Counted from the stretch's first letter, positions 1 to 8,626 are shown. The stretch: 64,000 bases of DNA from Candidatus Daviesbacteria bacterium (GCA_016184225.1 JACPDA010000004.1:343927-407926), one strand, 5' to 3'. Notes: generated by a model not told the origin, from the letters alone. Numbers and translations are program-made.

Positions 1-543
1 TAAAATCTCGTCTGTATCCGAGAATAGATGGATGACTTGATCTATTGATTTTCCCTGGACCTCTGTCTGGTTATAACCAGTTAACTGTTCCGAAGCTTTG
101 TTTAAAAATATAATATTTTTGTTAAAATCCAGCGCGATAATGCCGTCTATAATTGAGGAGAGAATTTCATCGAATTTATTCTTTTCTGCAATGGCAATAG
201 CCCGCTCGCTCTCCATGCTTTGGATAGTTTTGGAGAGTTTTTCTGCCATTAGGTTAAAAGAGTTACCTGCCTCTTCAAATTCGTCGCCCGACCTAATATC
301 TATCCGATGGTTAAGATTACCATCCGAGAAGGTCTTAGTGCTCTCAATCAGATTTCCAAGCGGTCTTAAGACCCAGAGTAAGATTGCTATAGAACAGGAT
401 GCGCTGACTGCAGCCACAAGCAGGATAAAAAGGGGAGTCAGATGAATAAATAACCCAAGGATGAAAGGGGAGAATGTTGAAAAAATAACAACAAAGGCTA
501 TTTTTAAGTGAAGAGTTTTTTTATGCTTAGCCTCTTGTTGCAT
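1..543 (-). CDS. Membrane sensor with two TM helices, HAMP and PAS domains, probably a histidine kinase; runs off the window edge
   Basis: Hand translation from ATG at 543: MQQEAKHKK..., two hydrophobic segments, HAMP-like LRPLGNLIESTKTFSDGNLNHRIDIRSGDEFEEAGNSFNLMAEKL, then PAS-like ILSSIIDGIIALDFNKNIIFLNKASEQLTGY. Absent from the ORF track because it has no stop in the window. Confidence 0.85.
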   Translation of the reverse strand, partial: MQQEAKHKKTLHLKIAFVVIFSTFSPFILGLFIHLTPLFILLVAAVSASCSIAILLWVLRPLGNLIESTKTFSDGNLNHRIDIRSGDEFEEAGNSFNLMAEKLSKTIQSMESERAIAIAEKNKFDEILSSIIDGIIALDFNKNIIFLNKASEQLTGYNQTEVQGKSIDQVIHLFSDTDEIL

Positions 544-594
544 GGTATATCCAGCGTAACAGAAGCCAAATTTTTGGTCAACCCTATCTTTTAG

Positions 595-668
595 TGGCGC
601 GTAGGGGATTTGAACCCCTGATTTTCGGGATGAGAACCCGATGTCCTAGGCCACTAGACGAACGCGCC
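595..668 (-). tRNA. tRNA-Glu (anticodon CTC); CCA not encoded
   Basis: Reverse complement GGCGCGTTCGTCTAGTGGCCTAGGACATCGGGTTCTCATCCCGAAAATCAGGGGTTCAAATCCCCTACGCGCCA folds as a cloverleaf, with anticodon arm TCGGG-TTCTCAT-CCCGA and T-arm AGGGG-TTCAAAT-CCCCT. Confidence 0.95.
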
Positions 669-905
669 TTGTATTAATCTTTCAATCGCTGCTCTTTTCT
701 TCCAGCCTTTTATTTGTTTCTCTCTTTTGCGTGCCAATCTTAAATTGCTAAATTCTTCCTTATATACTAACTCCCAAGGACCCTTACTTCTAGTATATTT
801 ACTCAATCTTTTATTGTGTTCATCCAGCCGCCTAGCTACATTGCCCGTGCACCCTACATAGTAACGATTATTTTCCATAGACTTTACGATGTAAGTCCAA
901 TACAT
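654..905 (-). CDS. Small stand-alone GIY-YIG nuclease (UPF0213/YhbQ-like)
   Basis: YWTYIVKS...YYVGCT...RRLDEHN...KYTRSKGPWELVYKE...ARKREKQIKGWK shows the GIY-YIG motifs with conserved Arg and Glu. The last codons (GAFV*) overlap the tRNA 5' end. Confidence 0.92.
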   Translation of the reverse strand: MYWTYIVKSMENNRYYVGCTGNVARRLDEHNKRLSKYTRSKGPWELVYKEEFSNLRLARKREKQIKGWKKRAAIERLIQGAFV

Positions 906-911
906 AGATTC

Positions 912-1013
912 TGTCCTAGGTCCCGATTCCGATCCTCGACAAAGTCGGGATCGAGAATCGAGGATGCTCGATACACGACAAAGTCGGTATCGGCACCACT
1001 AGACGAACGCGCC
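912..1013 (-). pseudogene. Duplicated 5' fragment (nt 1-27) of tRNA-Glu, interrupted by a 75-bp insert
   Basis: 996-1013 is identical to 651-668 (CCACTAGACGAACGCGCC) and 912-920 is identical to 642-650 (TGTCCTAGG). The insert spans 921-995. Confidence 0.9.
921..995. repeat. Two adjacent bulged hairpins sharing a CGAC-AAA-GTCG apex (REP-like palindromes)
   Basis: Hairpin A spans 921-964 and hairpin B spans 965-995. CGACAAAGTCG occurs at 937-947 and 976-986. Confidence 0.85.
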
Positions 1014-1021
1014 GTGCCTAA

Positions 1022-1030
1022 ATTATATCA
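1022..1030 (-). promoter_or_regulatory. Extended -10 promoter (TGATATAAT) upstream of the tRNA fragment, GIY-YIG gene and tRNA
   Basis: Perfect TGnTATAAT on the minus strand, 8 nt upstream of the duplicated tRNA 5' end. Confidence 0.7.
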
Positions 1031-1131
1031 CGCTGCACTCTTGTGAGATATATTACTGAATAGTGTTTGACAATGAAGCAGAATTCAGGGTAGAATTTGC
1101 TCAATTTGTTTGTCTGACAGAAGGTTATCTT

Positions 1132-1620
1132 ATGACTAAAATTACTGGAAACCCGAAGCTTGAAAAAAATATATACCTTACTGCTAAGGGTTTGACTAAT
1201 GTTAAAGTAGAATTAGAGTTTTTAAAACATACCAAGAGATCTCAAATTGCCGAAACTATTCATCAAGCAAGGCAATACGGAGACTTGACTGAAAATTCCG
1301 AGTATGACGCTGCGCTGGAAGAGCAGGCGATGGCAGAAACCCGTATTTCGGAGCTGGAAAATATCCTCAAAAGCGCCAAGGTTATAACCAACCGACATAC
1401 GGAAGATTTTGTGGTGATCGGTTCAACTGTCAAAATAGATATGGATGACGGAATTGACGAATTTACCATTGTAGGAAGGGTGGAGGCAGATCCTTCCAAG
1501 AAAAGAATCTCAAATGAATCACCTTTAGGTTCTGCTTTGATTGGGGCAAAAAAAGGAGAAGTAGTTGATGTGGCCACCCCGATTGTCAGGTATAAGTGTA
1601 AAGTATTGGAAATAAAATGA
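1132..1620 (+). CDS. greA: Transcription elongation factor GreA
   Basis: YLTAKG...ARQYGDLTENSEYDAA...ISNESPLGSALIG. Start taken at ATG 1132 rather than GTG 1063. Confidence 0.96.
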   Translation: MTKITGNPKLEKNIYLTAKGLTNVKVELEFLKHTKRSQIAETIHQARQYGDLTENSEYDAALEEQAMAETRISELENILKSAKVITNRHTEDFVVIGSTVKIDMDDGIDEFTIVGRVEADPSKKRISNESPLGSALIGAKKGEVVDVATPIVRYKCKVLEIK

Positions 1621-2912
1621 CTAAAAATATGCAAGAACCATTGATTGAATTTAATCCAAAACTGCCTAAACTTTCTAAAAGTGAAAGTAAAGTATTAAAA
1701 CTGCTGGTTGAAGCTGCGAAGTTAATTGTGCCTATTTATCTTGAGCAGGAAAAATTGGCTGATTCAGGAATAAATAGAAAAGAAATTGAAGAAGCGGCAA
1801 AAAAAGATCCTTCTTTCTTGTCACCGTATACAGTTATTGAAAAAGTTGATGGTAAACTAGTGGCTATTCCCTATCACGAAAACTATAAAGAGTTACTCAA
1901 GCCTATTGCTGAAAAATTAGAAGAAGCATCAAGACATACTGACAATAAGGAGTTTGGAAGAGCATTAAAGATTCAAGCAAAAGCACTGCTCATCGGTTCT
2001 TATGATGAGGCAACAATTGCTTGGTTAAAGATGAAACCATACATTTTAGATATTTCCATAGGACCTGTTGAGCACTTTGATGATGAGGTATTTTTTGGAA
2101 AAACTGCTTATCAAGCTTGGGTAGGCGTGATGGATAAGGAGGGAACAGAGAGATTGAATAATTACAAGAGTATTATCCTCAGTGCCAAAAAGGTGTCAGT
2201 TCCTACTGAGCGGGTGGATAATTATGATAAGGTTAAAGCTAAGGTTCTAGATGTGACTATATTTTCTGGACTCCTTGCCAAAACTAAGTTTGTTGGCGTC
2301 AACTTACCTTCAAATATTAGTATTGTGGAAAAAATTGGTTCTGAGGTTACTTTGTTTAATCAATCTAATAATCTAAGGATGAAAGAACAAATCATGCCGA
2401 CCTTTGAAAAAATTTTCCACCGAGAATTTAGACAGGGATTTGGTTTTGAGGATTTAAGGAGAGGAAACCTTCGCTATATTGCCATGCATGAATTGTCTCA
2501 TAGTTACTTGTACTACCGCCATGCTGAGGAAAATTTACAGGATCTATTTATGCCAATTTATGAATTGGCAGCCACCGTTTTAGGGTTTAGACTGGCCGGT
2601 ACCTTACTTTTGAAGGATAGAATCAATAATAAACAGTTGGAAGCAATGATTGTAGCATTTTTATGCAGGAATTTTTATCTGGCCGGACAGAACCAAATTA
2701 ATAAATTAATGGCCAACTATACTTTAGGAGGTACTATTTTTATTAACTTCTTACTAGAGTCTGACGCCTTAAAGGAGTTGAAAGGGATAGCTATACCTAA
2801 CTTTATGAAAGTCTTCATAGCTTTGCATGATTTATTCCGCATACTTGAACAGTTGCTTGCTAGCGGTACAAGACAAGAAGCTGCTGCGTTTGTTAAAAGA
2901 TACGGAAAATAA
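1617..2912 (+). CDS. Zinc metallopeptidase, M49/dipeptidyl-peptidase III-like (HEXXH type)
   Basis: SPYTVI...LVAIPYH, IGPVE, GVNLPS and HELSH motifs resemble bacterial DPP III-like proteins. Overlaps the greA stop (ATGA). Confidence 0.7.
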   Translation: MTKNMQEPLIEFNPKLPKLSKSESKVLKLLVEAAKLIVPIYLEQEKLADSGINRKEIEEAAKKDPSFLSPYTVIEKVDGKLVAIPYHENYKELLKPIAEKLEEASRHTDNKEFGRALKIQAKALLIGSYDEATIAWLKMKPYILDISIGPVEHFDDEVFFGKTAYQAWVGVMDKEGTERLNNYKSIILSAKKVSVPTERVDNYDKVKAKVLDVTIFSGLLAKTKFVGVNLPSNISIVEKIGSEVTLFNQSNNLRMKEQIMPTFEKIFHREFRQGFGFEDLRRGNLRYIAMHELSHSYLYYRHAEENLQDLFMPIYELAATVLGFRLAGTLLLKDRINNKQLEAMIVAFLCRNFYLAGQNQINKLMANYTLGGTIFINFLLESDALKELKGIAIPNFMKVFIALHDLFRILEQLLASGTRQEAAAFVKRYGK

Positions 2913-2937
2913 GGAACTTCCAGCTTGGTCTGTACTG

Positions 2938-2968
2938 TATTGTAAAACTCTTTACAATAGATTATAAT
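2938..2968 (+). promoter_or_regulatory. Sigma70-type promoter (TTGTAA-17 nt-TATAAT) overlapped by a 9-bp inverted repeat
   Basis: -35 at 2940-2945, -10 at 2963-2968. Inverted repeat TATTGTAAA-actc-TTTACAATA at 2938-2959. Confidence 0.6.
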
Positions 2969-2980
2969 AAGAGGCTGACT

Positions 2981-3919
2981 ATGGATATCGAAGCAGGAGG
3001 TTCAAGCATATTACAGGGGCGAACATTCCTAGAAACAATAAGGTGTCTTATTGGTTTAAAGAAAAGACCGGAAGAGTTGGTGCCAACAGACCCGTCACAA
3101 GTAGAGTTTAAGGGCCTGGTTCTTATTTCTCGCGATCCCCGGATGCCTTTTGGTGGTCGTCTTATCCATTTTCAGGGTCAGACTGAAGAGTATGAGGTGG
3201 AGCATTATATGGGAGATGCTTATAAATTAAGCAGACCACTTTTAACAGGAATAATTACTAATTTACATAGAGACATTTTTGATCTTGATCCTAGTGCAGC
3301 AAAAAAAGAGATAAAGCCAAAAATGGATGCCAGTGGCGCTAATGTTATGTTGTTTAGGCCGGTAGGCAAAGATGACTTCGTGGGGTTTGCTATCCTGCGT
3401 AGGATGAGCCTTGCCGGACATTGGGTTTTAAATATTGATGAAAGAGCGCTTCTAGAAGAACACCGAAGACACCACATAGGCAGGTTTGTAGTCGGTGAAG
3501 CAATCCGTTTTTATGATCAAGACAGGCATGAACCGATAGAGGTGGTGGCTCATAAAACACAAAGCGCAGCAGCAGTTCTATCAACAATAGAATCAGGAGA
3601 GATAGGGGGTGGACTGGCTCCGTTTCAAAGACGGTATACCGAAGATCCGGAATTGAGAAATGTACTGAGAGCATATTATTTAAGAACTAGAAGTAAATTT
3701 TCGATAGGGTTAGACCCGGCGGGCTCTGGAGTAAGTAGAGGAGAGTATGCAGAGGGAGCAAGCGCAGCTTATACACCAGATCCAAGTCATCATAAATTAA
3801 TGGAAATTCATAATTATATGGAAAAAGTATTAGGATTAAACAGACAAGAGGGAGATGCTGTTAACTGTTTAGGATGGACCAGAGCTTATATGAATACAAT
3901 ACGCGGTTCCACTACTTAA
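2981..3919 (+). CDS. Hypothetical protein with a probable GNAT acetyltransferase-like fold
   Basis: FVGFAIL...VLNIDERALLEEHRRHHIGRFVVGEAIRF resembles GNAT beta3-beta4 and motif A. Confidence 0.5.
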   Translation: MDIEAGGSSILQGRTFLETIRCLIGLKKRPEELVPTDPSQVEFKGLVLISRDPRMPFGGRLIHFQGQTEEYEVEHYMGDAYKLSRPLLTGIITNLHRDIFDLDPSAAKKEIKPKMDASGANVMLFRPVGKDDFVGFAILRRMSLAGHWVLNIDERALLEEHRRHHIGRFVVGEAIRFYDQDRHEPIEVVAHKTQSAAAVLSTIESGEIGGGLAPFQRRYTEDPELRNVLRAYYLRTRSKFSIGLDPAGSGVSRGEYAEGASAAYTPDPSHHKLMEIHNYMEKVLGLNRQEGDAVNCLGWTRAYMNTIRGSTT

Positions 3920-3964
3920 TTAACTCTCCTTTTAAAAACTTTCAGCTTCAGTTATACTCTACTC

Positions 3965-5428
3965 ATGGCCTTGCAGGATTTACAAAAAGAGAGACTGAAG
4001 AAATTAAAAAATATTCAAAGACTGGGGATTAATCCCTACCCTTCCAAAAGTAATAGGAAACATACGACTCAAATTGCCCGGAAAATGATGGGCAAAAAGG
4101 TGGTAGTAGCAGGGAGAATCAGATCGCTTCGTAACATGGGCAAAATCACTTTTGCCGATCTTGAAGATGCTACCGGAAAAATCCAACTTTTCTTCTCGCA
4201 AGCGGAATTACCAGGTGAAAAATATGAATTTTTAACCAACTTTGATATTGGTGATTTTATAGAAACCTCCGGCGAGGTTTTCAAAACCCAAGCCGGGGAG
4301 ATATCTGTCAGAGTTTCGGATTTTAAATTACTTACTAAAAGTTTGAGACCCTTGCCTTCTTCTTGGTATGGATTGGAAGATGTTGAGGAGCGGTATAGGC
4401 AAAGGTATGTGGATTTGATTATTAATCCGGATGTCAAACGGGTCTTTGAAGTTCGGTCTAAAGTCATAAAGCTTTTAAGAAACTTCATGGAAGATAAAGA
4501 CTTTACGGAAGTGGAAACCCCCACCCTGCAGCCGATTTACGGAGGAGCTACTGCCAAGCCTTTTACTACCCACCATAATACTTTGGATATAAGATTGTAT
4601 CTTCGCATTTCTGATGAACTTTATTTAAAAAGACTGGTGGTAGGTGGATATGAGAAAGTTTTTGAAATCTGTAAGGATTTCCGCAATGAGGGAATAGACC
4701 GCCAGCATAACCCGGAGTTTACCATGATGGAATTTTACTGGGCTTATGCAGATTATGAAGATCTAATCAAATTAACAGAGGAGATGGTTTCAAAAATTGT
4801 GAAAGCAATTCACGGAAAATATACTTTTGAGTTTGAAGGACAAAAATTAGATTTTACACCGCCTTTTAAAAGAGCTTCATTTAATGATTCAGTTAAGCAA
4901 TACTCAGGCATTGATTTAGAGAATATTATTGCTGTAGATGATCTAAAAAGATCAATTAAAGAAAAAGGGATTAAGTTAGATTTAGACGGTATAGTAGGAT
5001 TTGGCCCAATCTCTGATGAACTTTATAAAACTACTGCTAGACAAAAAATTAAACAACCAACCTTTGTAATAGATCATCCTTATGAGATGAGACCCCTGGC
5101 CAAACGGAAAGAAGATAACCAAACAAAATCTGCCAGTTTTCAGCTTTTAGCCATGGGATATGAACTAGTTAATGCTTACAACGAATTAAATGATCCACAA
5201 GAACAGGAACGGCAATGGAAGTTCCAGATGAAACTTGCTAAGGAAGGTTTAGAAGAACATCAAGTTTTGGATGAAGATTATATCAGGGCATTGGAATATG
5301 GCATGCCTCCGACAGCAGGTTGGGGAATGGGGATTGACCGGTTTGTTTCACTTCTAACGAATAAGCATACCCTAAAAGATGTAATATTATTCCCGACTCT
5401 TCGCCCGGAAAAAAAGAGGATAAAGTAG
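3965..5428 (+). CDS. lysS: Lysine--tRNA ligase (class II)
   Basis: EVETPTLQ, GGATAKPF, YLRISDELYLKRL, FRNEGID, HNPEFT, YGMPPTAGWGMGIDR. Confidence 0.99.
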   Translation: MALQDLQKERLKKLKNIQRLGINPYPSKSNRKHTTQIARKMMGKKVVVAGRIRSLRNMGKITFADLEDATGKIQLFFSQAELPGEKYEFLTNFDIGDFIETSGEVFKTQAGEISVRVSDFKLLTKSLRPLPSSWYGLEDVEERYRQRYVDLIINPDVKRVFEVRSKVIKLLRNFMEDKDFTEVETPTLQPIYGGATAKPFTTHHNTLDIRLYLRISDELYLKRLVVGGYEKVFEICKDFRNEGIDRQHNPEFTMMEFYWAYADYEDLIKLTEEMVSKIVKAIHGKYTFEFEGQKLDFTPPFKRASFNDSVKQYSGIDLENIIAVDDLKRSIKEKGIKLDLDGIVGFGPISDELYKTTARQKIKQPTFVIDHPYEMRPLAKRKEDNQTKSASFQLLAMGYELVNAYNELNDPQEQERQWKFQMKLAKEGLEEHQVLDEDYIRALEYGMPPTAGWGMGIDRFVSLLTNKHTLKDVILFPTLRPEKKRIK

Positions 5429-5460
5429 TCACTATGATAGACTAGTGTATCATAACAAAC

Positions 5461-6051
5461 ATGAACACAGCCAATCTGAAAAAAATATTAAAAGTTTTTC
5501 TCACTCTGCAGTGGGCAAAGGAGCTCCCCAGGCAAGGTTTTATTGCTTTAGGTTTTAAAAGAAATGAGGCGGATTCGGTGGCAGCTCATTCTTTTGTGAC
5601 AGCGCTTCTAGCCTATTTTTTGGCCAAGCAGTTGCAAAAAGACGGAGCAAAAATTGACCCGGAAAAGGTTTTAAAGATGGGGCTTTTCCATGATGTCGGC
5701 GAAACAATAGTGGGGGATGTGGGAACTTTTGTTAAAGGTATGGCCGGAGGGGTATTTAAAAATATTGAAGAAGAAGGGGTGAAAGCTTTGGTAGAAGGAT
5801 TGGATTCAAAAGAGGAAATAATCAAATTGGTGGAAGAATACAATAGCAGACAGTCGCTGGAAGCCAGAGTAGTAAAGGCGGCTGATAATCTGGATGCCTT
5901 GGCTCAAGCCAAGGGTGTACCCGGAGCAGCCGATGCGTTAAAATATTTTAAGAGGGTTTATCACATTACTAAATTTGATTGGCATAAAAGGGCAGTTGAT
6001 CTGATACTTAGCGGGGAAGTGGAACCCGGAAGAGAATGGCAGAAGAAATAA
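5461..6051 (+). CDS. HD-domain phosphohydrolase (YfbR/HDDC2-like 5'-deoxynucleotidase)
   Basis: LPRQGF...DSVAAHS...LFHDVGETIVGD...VKAADNLD. Confidence 0.85.
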   Translation: MNTANLKKILKVFLTLQWAKELPRQGFIALGFKRNEADSVAAHSFVTALLAYFLAKQLQKDGAKIDPEKVLKMGLFHDVGETIVGDVGTFVKGMAGGVFKNIEEEGVKALVEGLDSKEEIIKLVEEYNSRQSLEARVVKAADNLDALAQAKGVPGAADALKYFKRVYHITKFDWHKRAVDLILSGEVEPGREWQKK

Positions 6052-6052
6052 C

Positions 6053-7285
6053 ATGTTAGACATAAATTACATTAAAGAAAACTTGGAAAAAGTTAAGAAA
6101 TCAGTTGAGGCCAGAAAGGCTGATGTTGATTTGGATAAACTGTTAAAACTTAACGGGGAAAGAAAAGAATTGATTTCCCAAGTAGATACTCTTCGGGCAA
6201 AAAGAAATGAGGCAGCTAAAAATAGGGATAAGGGTTTAGGGGTTAGGGTAAAGGAAGAGCTTCAGGAATTAGAAAAAAGATTATCAGAGACAGAGAAACA
6301 ATATAATGATTTAATGCTGCAGATGCCGAATATTTTACTGGATGAGGTGCCGATCGGGGATGCCAGTGCAAATAAAATTATCAGGAAAGAAGGAGAGCCG
6401 CCTAAATTTTCCTTTAAACCTAAAGACCATATAGAACTGGGAAAACTCTTAAATATTATCGACTTTGATAGGGGAGTAAAGGTTGGAGGGTTCCGGGGGT
6501 ATTACTTAAAAAATGAAGGAGCCAGGTTACACTGGGCTGTTTTGAATTTCGCTTTTGACCATTTAACCCAAAAAGGCTTTCAAGCTATAGTTCCTCCGGT
6601 TATAAATAGAAGATTTGCCCTGTTGGGCGGCGGGCAATTTCCTTGGGGAGAAGAGAATACCTACAAAATAGATGATGAAGATTTTCTGGTTGGGACTGCA
6701 GAAATTCCTTTGATGGCTATGCATTCTGATGAAACTTTTGATCTTAAAGATTTACCCAAAAAATACGTCGGAATGTCAGCTTGTTTCCGGACAGAGATTG
6801 GTTCTTATGGGAAAGATACCAAGGGGCTCTATAGGGTACACGAGTTCTACAAAGTTGAACAGGTAATTTTATCTGAGGCGGATGAACAGGAGTCTTTAGG
6901 GTTTTTTGAAGATCTGCAGGATAATAGTGAGGATATTTTGCAGGAGATAGGTCTCCCCTATCAAGTGGTGGTTTTATCCTCTCAGGATATGGGTGAAAAA
7001 GCGGCAATGACTTATGATATAGAAACTTGGATGCCGGGAAGGGGTAGTTACGGTGAAACCCATTCCAATTCCATAGTTTTGGATTTTCAAACCAGAAGGT
7101 TGAAGATAAGGTATAAAGACAAAGATGGCGATGTGAGATTTTGCCATGCCCTAAATAACACTGCTATTGCCTCCCCCAGGATTTTAATTGCCATCTTGGA
7201 AAACTTTCAACAAGAAGATGGCTCAGTTAAAATCCCGGAAGTTTTGCAAAAATATACCGGCTTTTCTGAAATAAAGCCCAAATAG
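6053..7285 (+). CDS. serS: Serine--tRNA ligase
   Basis: MLDINYI, N-terminal coiled coil, LVGTAEIP, CFRTEIGSYGKDTKGLYRVHEFYKVE, HALNNTAIASPR. Confidence 0.99.
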   Translation: MLDINYIKENLEKVKKSVEARKADVDLDKLLKLNGERKELISQVDTLRAKRNEAAKNRDKGLGVRVKEELQELEKRLSETEKQYNDLMLQMPNILLDEVPIGDASANKIIRKEGEPPKFSFKPKDHIELGKLLNIIDFDRGVKVGGFRGYYLKNEGARLHWAVLNFAFDHLTQKGFQAIVPPVINRRFALLGGGQFPWGEENTYKIDDEDFLVGTAEIPLMAMHSDETFDLKDLPKKYVGMSACFRTEIGSYGKDTKGLYRVHEFYKVEQVILSEADEQESLGFFEDLQDNSEDILQEIGLPYQVVVLSSQDMGEKAAMTYDIETWMPGRGSYGETHSNSIVLDFQTRRLKIRYKDKDGDVRFCHALNNTAIASPRILIAILENFQQEDGSVKIPEVLQKYTGFSEIKPK

Positions 7286-7288
7286 TTT

Positions 7289-7558
7289 ATGGCTACGATC
7301 CGAGATTTGGAGAGAGAAATTCAGAAGATTAAAGAGAGAAATCAAAGAGTAGAAGCAGATAAGGCTTGGGAAGTAAGTTGGAGTCGTAAAGTTGTGATAG
7401 CGGGTGTTACTTATGTAGCAATCGCGCTATTTTTACTAGTTACAAATTTTGAGAAGCCTTGGGAAAGTGCAATTGTTCCCGCCATAGGTTTTTTATTAGC
7501 AAATATGACAATTCCCCTATTTAAGAATTTATGGCGGCAATATATCTACAAGAAGTAA
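7289..7558 (+). CDS. Small hypothetical membrane protein (2 TM)
   Basis: Short coiled N-terminus, then RVEADKAWEVSW and two hydrophobic segments. Lies 3 nt after serS. Confidence 0.75.
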   Translation: MATIRDLEREIQKIKERNQRVEADKAWEVSWSRKVVIAGVTYVAIALFLLVTNFEKPWESAIVPAIGFLLANMTIPLFKNLWRQYIYKK

Positions 7559-7570
7559 CAAGTTAGAACT

Positions 7571-8626
7571 TTATATTCCCTGTTGGGATCTTCGGCGGAG
7601 TGTTTCTATTGTGGATGATGTAGTGCCTTCTTGTGGCTCTGTATCGCCTTCAACCTCGCCAAAGTTAGCGGAGCCGCTGGCAGCAGGTTGGGCAGCCGGG
7701 GTAGCGATTGGGGCGGGGGCTTTTACTTGGTTGGTTTCCGAAACGGTTGTGGCAGGCAAACTGGTAGTCTTAGTAGGTTGGCCGATACCTAATATAAAGT
7801 AAGCAGAAGCTCCCAATACTAAGATTAATAATCCTCCTCCTAAGCCAATCAGCCAACGGGGTATGCCTTTGTGAGTTTCGGACGCCACGTTGGGTACTAC
7901 CGGATTTGACGTTGGACCGGAGGGAGGGATTAAAGTTTCCGGAGCAGGCTGTGTAGGTTCCGGTTGAGCGTTGGTATTTGTTATAAGGTGTGAAAGATCT
8001 GTCGGGGCTGCTTCTGCCGGAGCAGGAGGCTGACTATCGGATTGGTTTTCTGTAGGGGTGGCGACAGTATTGCTCCAGCTGGGTTGAGTGGCAGGTTGAG
8101 ACTGTTCCATAGAGGGATTTTGTGAAGGTGCTGTTCCCCAAGGATTATCCAGCGGGGAAGAGGTTGGTGGAGGTTCGCTTGTTTGCGGCATAGTATCAAG
8201 CGGTGGACTGGCTGCAGGGTTTGCATCGGGGCTCGGGGTTAGGGTAGGAGGTGTAAATGTGGGAGTTGGCCCCGATTGAGGGGGAGTCGGTTCTGGTTGC
8301 ACCTGAGCTGAGGAGACATCAGGTACGCTTGGTGCGGACTGCGATAAAGCTGGCCAAGCATCCGCTGGCGTAGGTTCTGCTTGAGCTTGGGTTGGTTCAG
8401 AGAGTGTGGGAGTGGAATTTAGGTTTGACGGTGCCTGATCTGAGGGCCAGCCAGAGGCAGGGGTCGGTGTAGGGACAGACGGCCATGGGGTAGGGGCAGA
8501 TAGCGGTTCCGCAGGAGGTGCGGTTGGCTCCGCAGGTTGAGGCCAGGCAGGTGTTGAGCCATTAGCCAGAGGTTCTGAGGGACTACTTTGATTATTAAGT
8601 GAGTTTGGATCGTTCTGATTATCCAT
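7571..8626 (-). CDS. Pro/Ser/Thr/Gln-rich disordered protein with a single TM helix
   Basis: About 250 aa of low-complexity sequence, then TM WLIGLGGGLLILVLGASAYFILGIG and a short P/A/T-rich tail. Confidence 0.8.
   Translation of the reverse strand: MDNQNDPNSLNNQSSPSEPLANGSTPAWPQPAEPTAPPAEPLSAPTPWPSVPTPTPASGWPSDQAPSNLNSTPTLSEPTQAQAEPTPADAWPALSQSAPSVPDVSSAQVQPEPTPPQSGPTPTFTPPTLTPSPDANPAASPPLDTMPQTSEPPPTSSPLDNPWGTAPSQNPSMEQSQPATQPSWSNTVATPTENQSDSQPPAPAEAAPTDLSHLITNTNAQPEPTQPAPETLIPPSGPTSNPVVPNVASETHKGIPRWLIGLGGGLLILVLGASAYFILGIGQPTKTTSLPATTVSETNQVKAPAPIATPAAQPAASGSANFGEVEGDTEPQEGTTSSTIETLRRRSQQGI

Noticed and set aside
98-445. 115-aa plus-strand ORF
   Set aside because: It is the antisense shadow of the minus-strand HAMP-PAS sensor gene.
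921-995. Mini CRISPR array
   Set aside because: There are only two short related hairpins, no unique spacers of regular length, and no cas genes in the window.
642-1013. Intron-containing tRNA (self-splicing intron with a homing endonuclease)
   Set aside because: The downstream tRNA is already complete, and there is no room for a group I or II ribozyme core outside the ORF. A 5' duplication explains the pattern better.
816-1046. 76-aa plus-strand ORF
   Set aside because: It runs antisense across the GIY-YIG gene, the palindromes and the tRNA fragment, and has no protein features.
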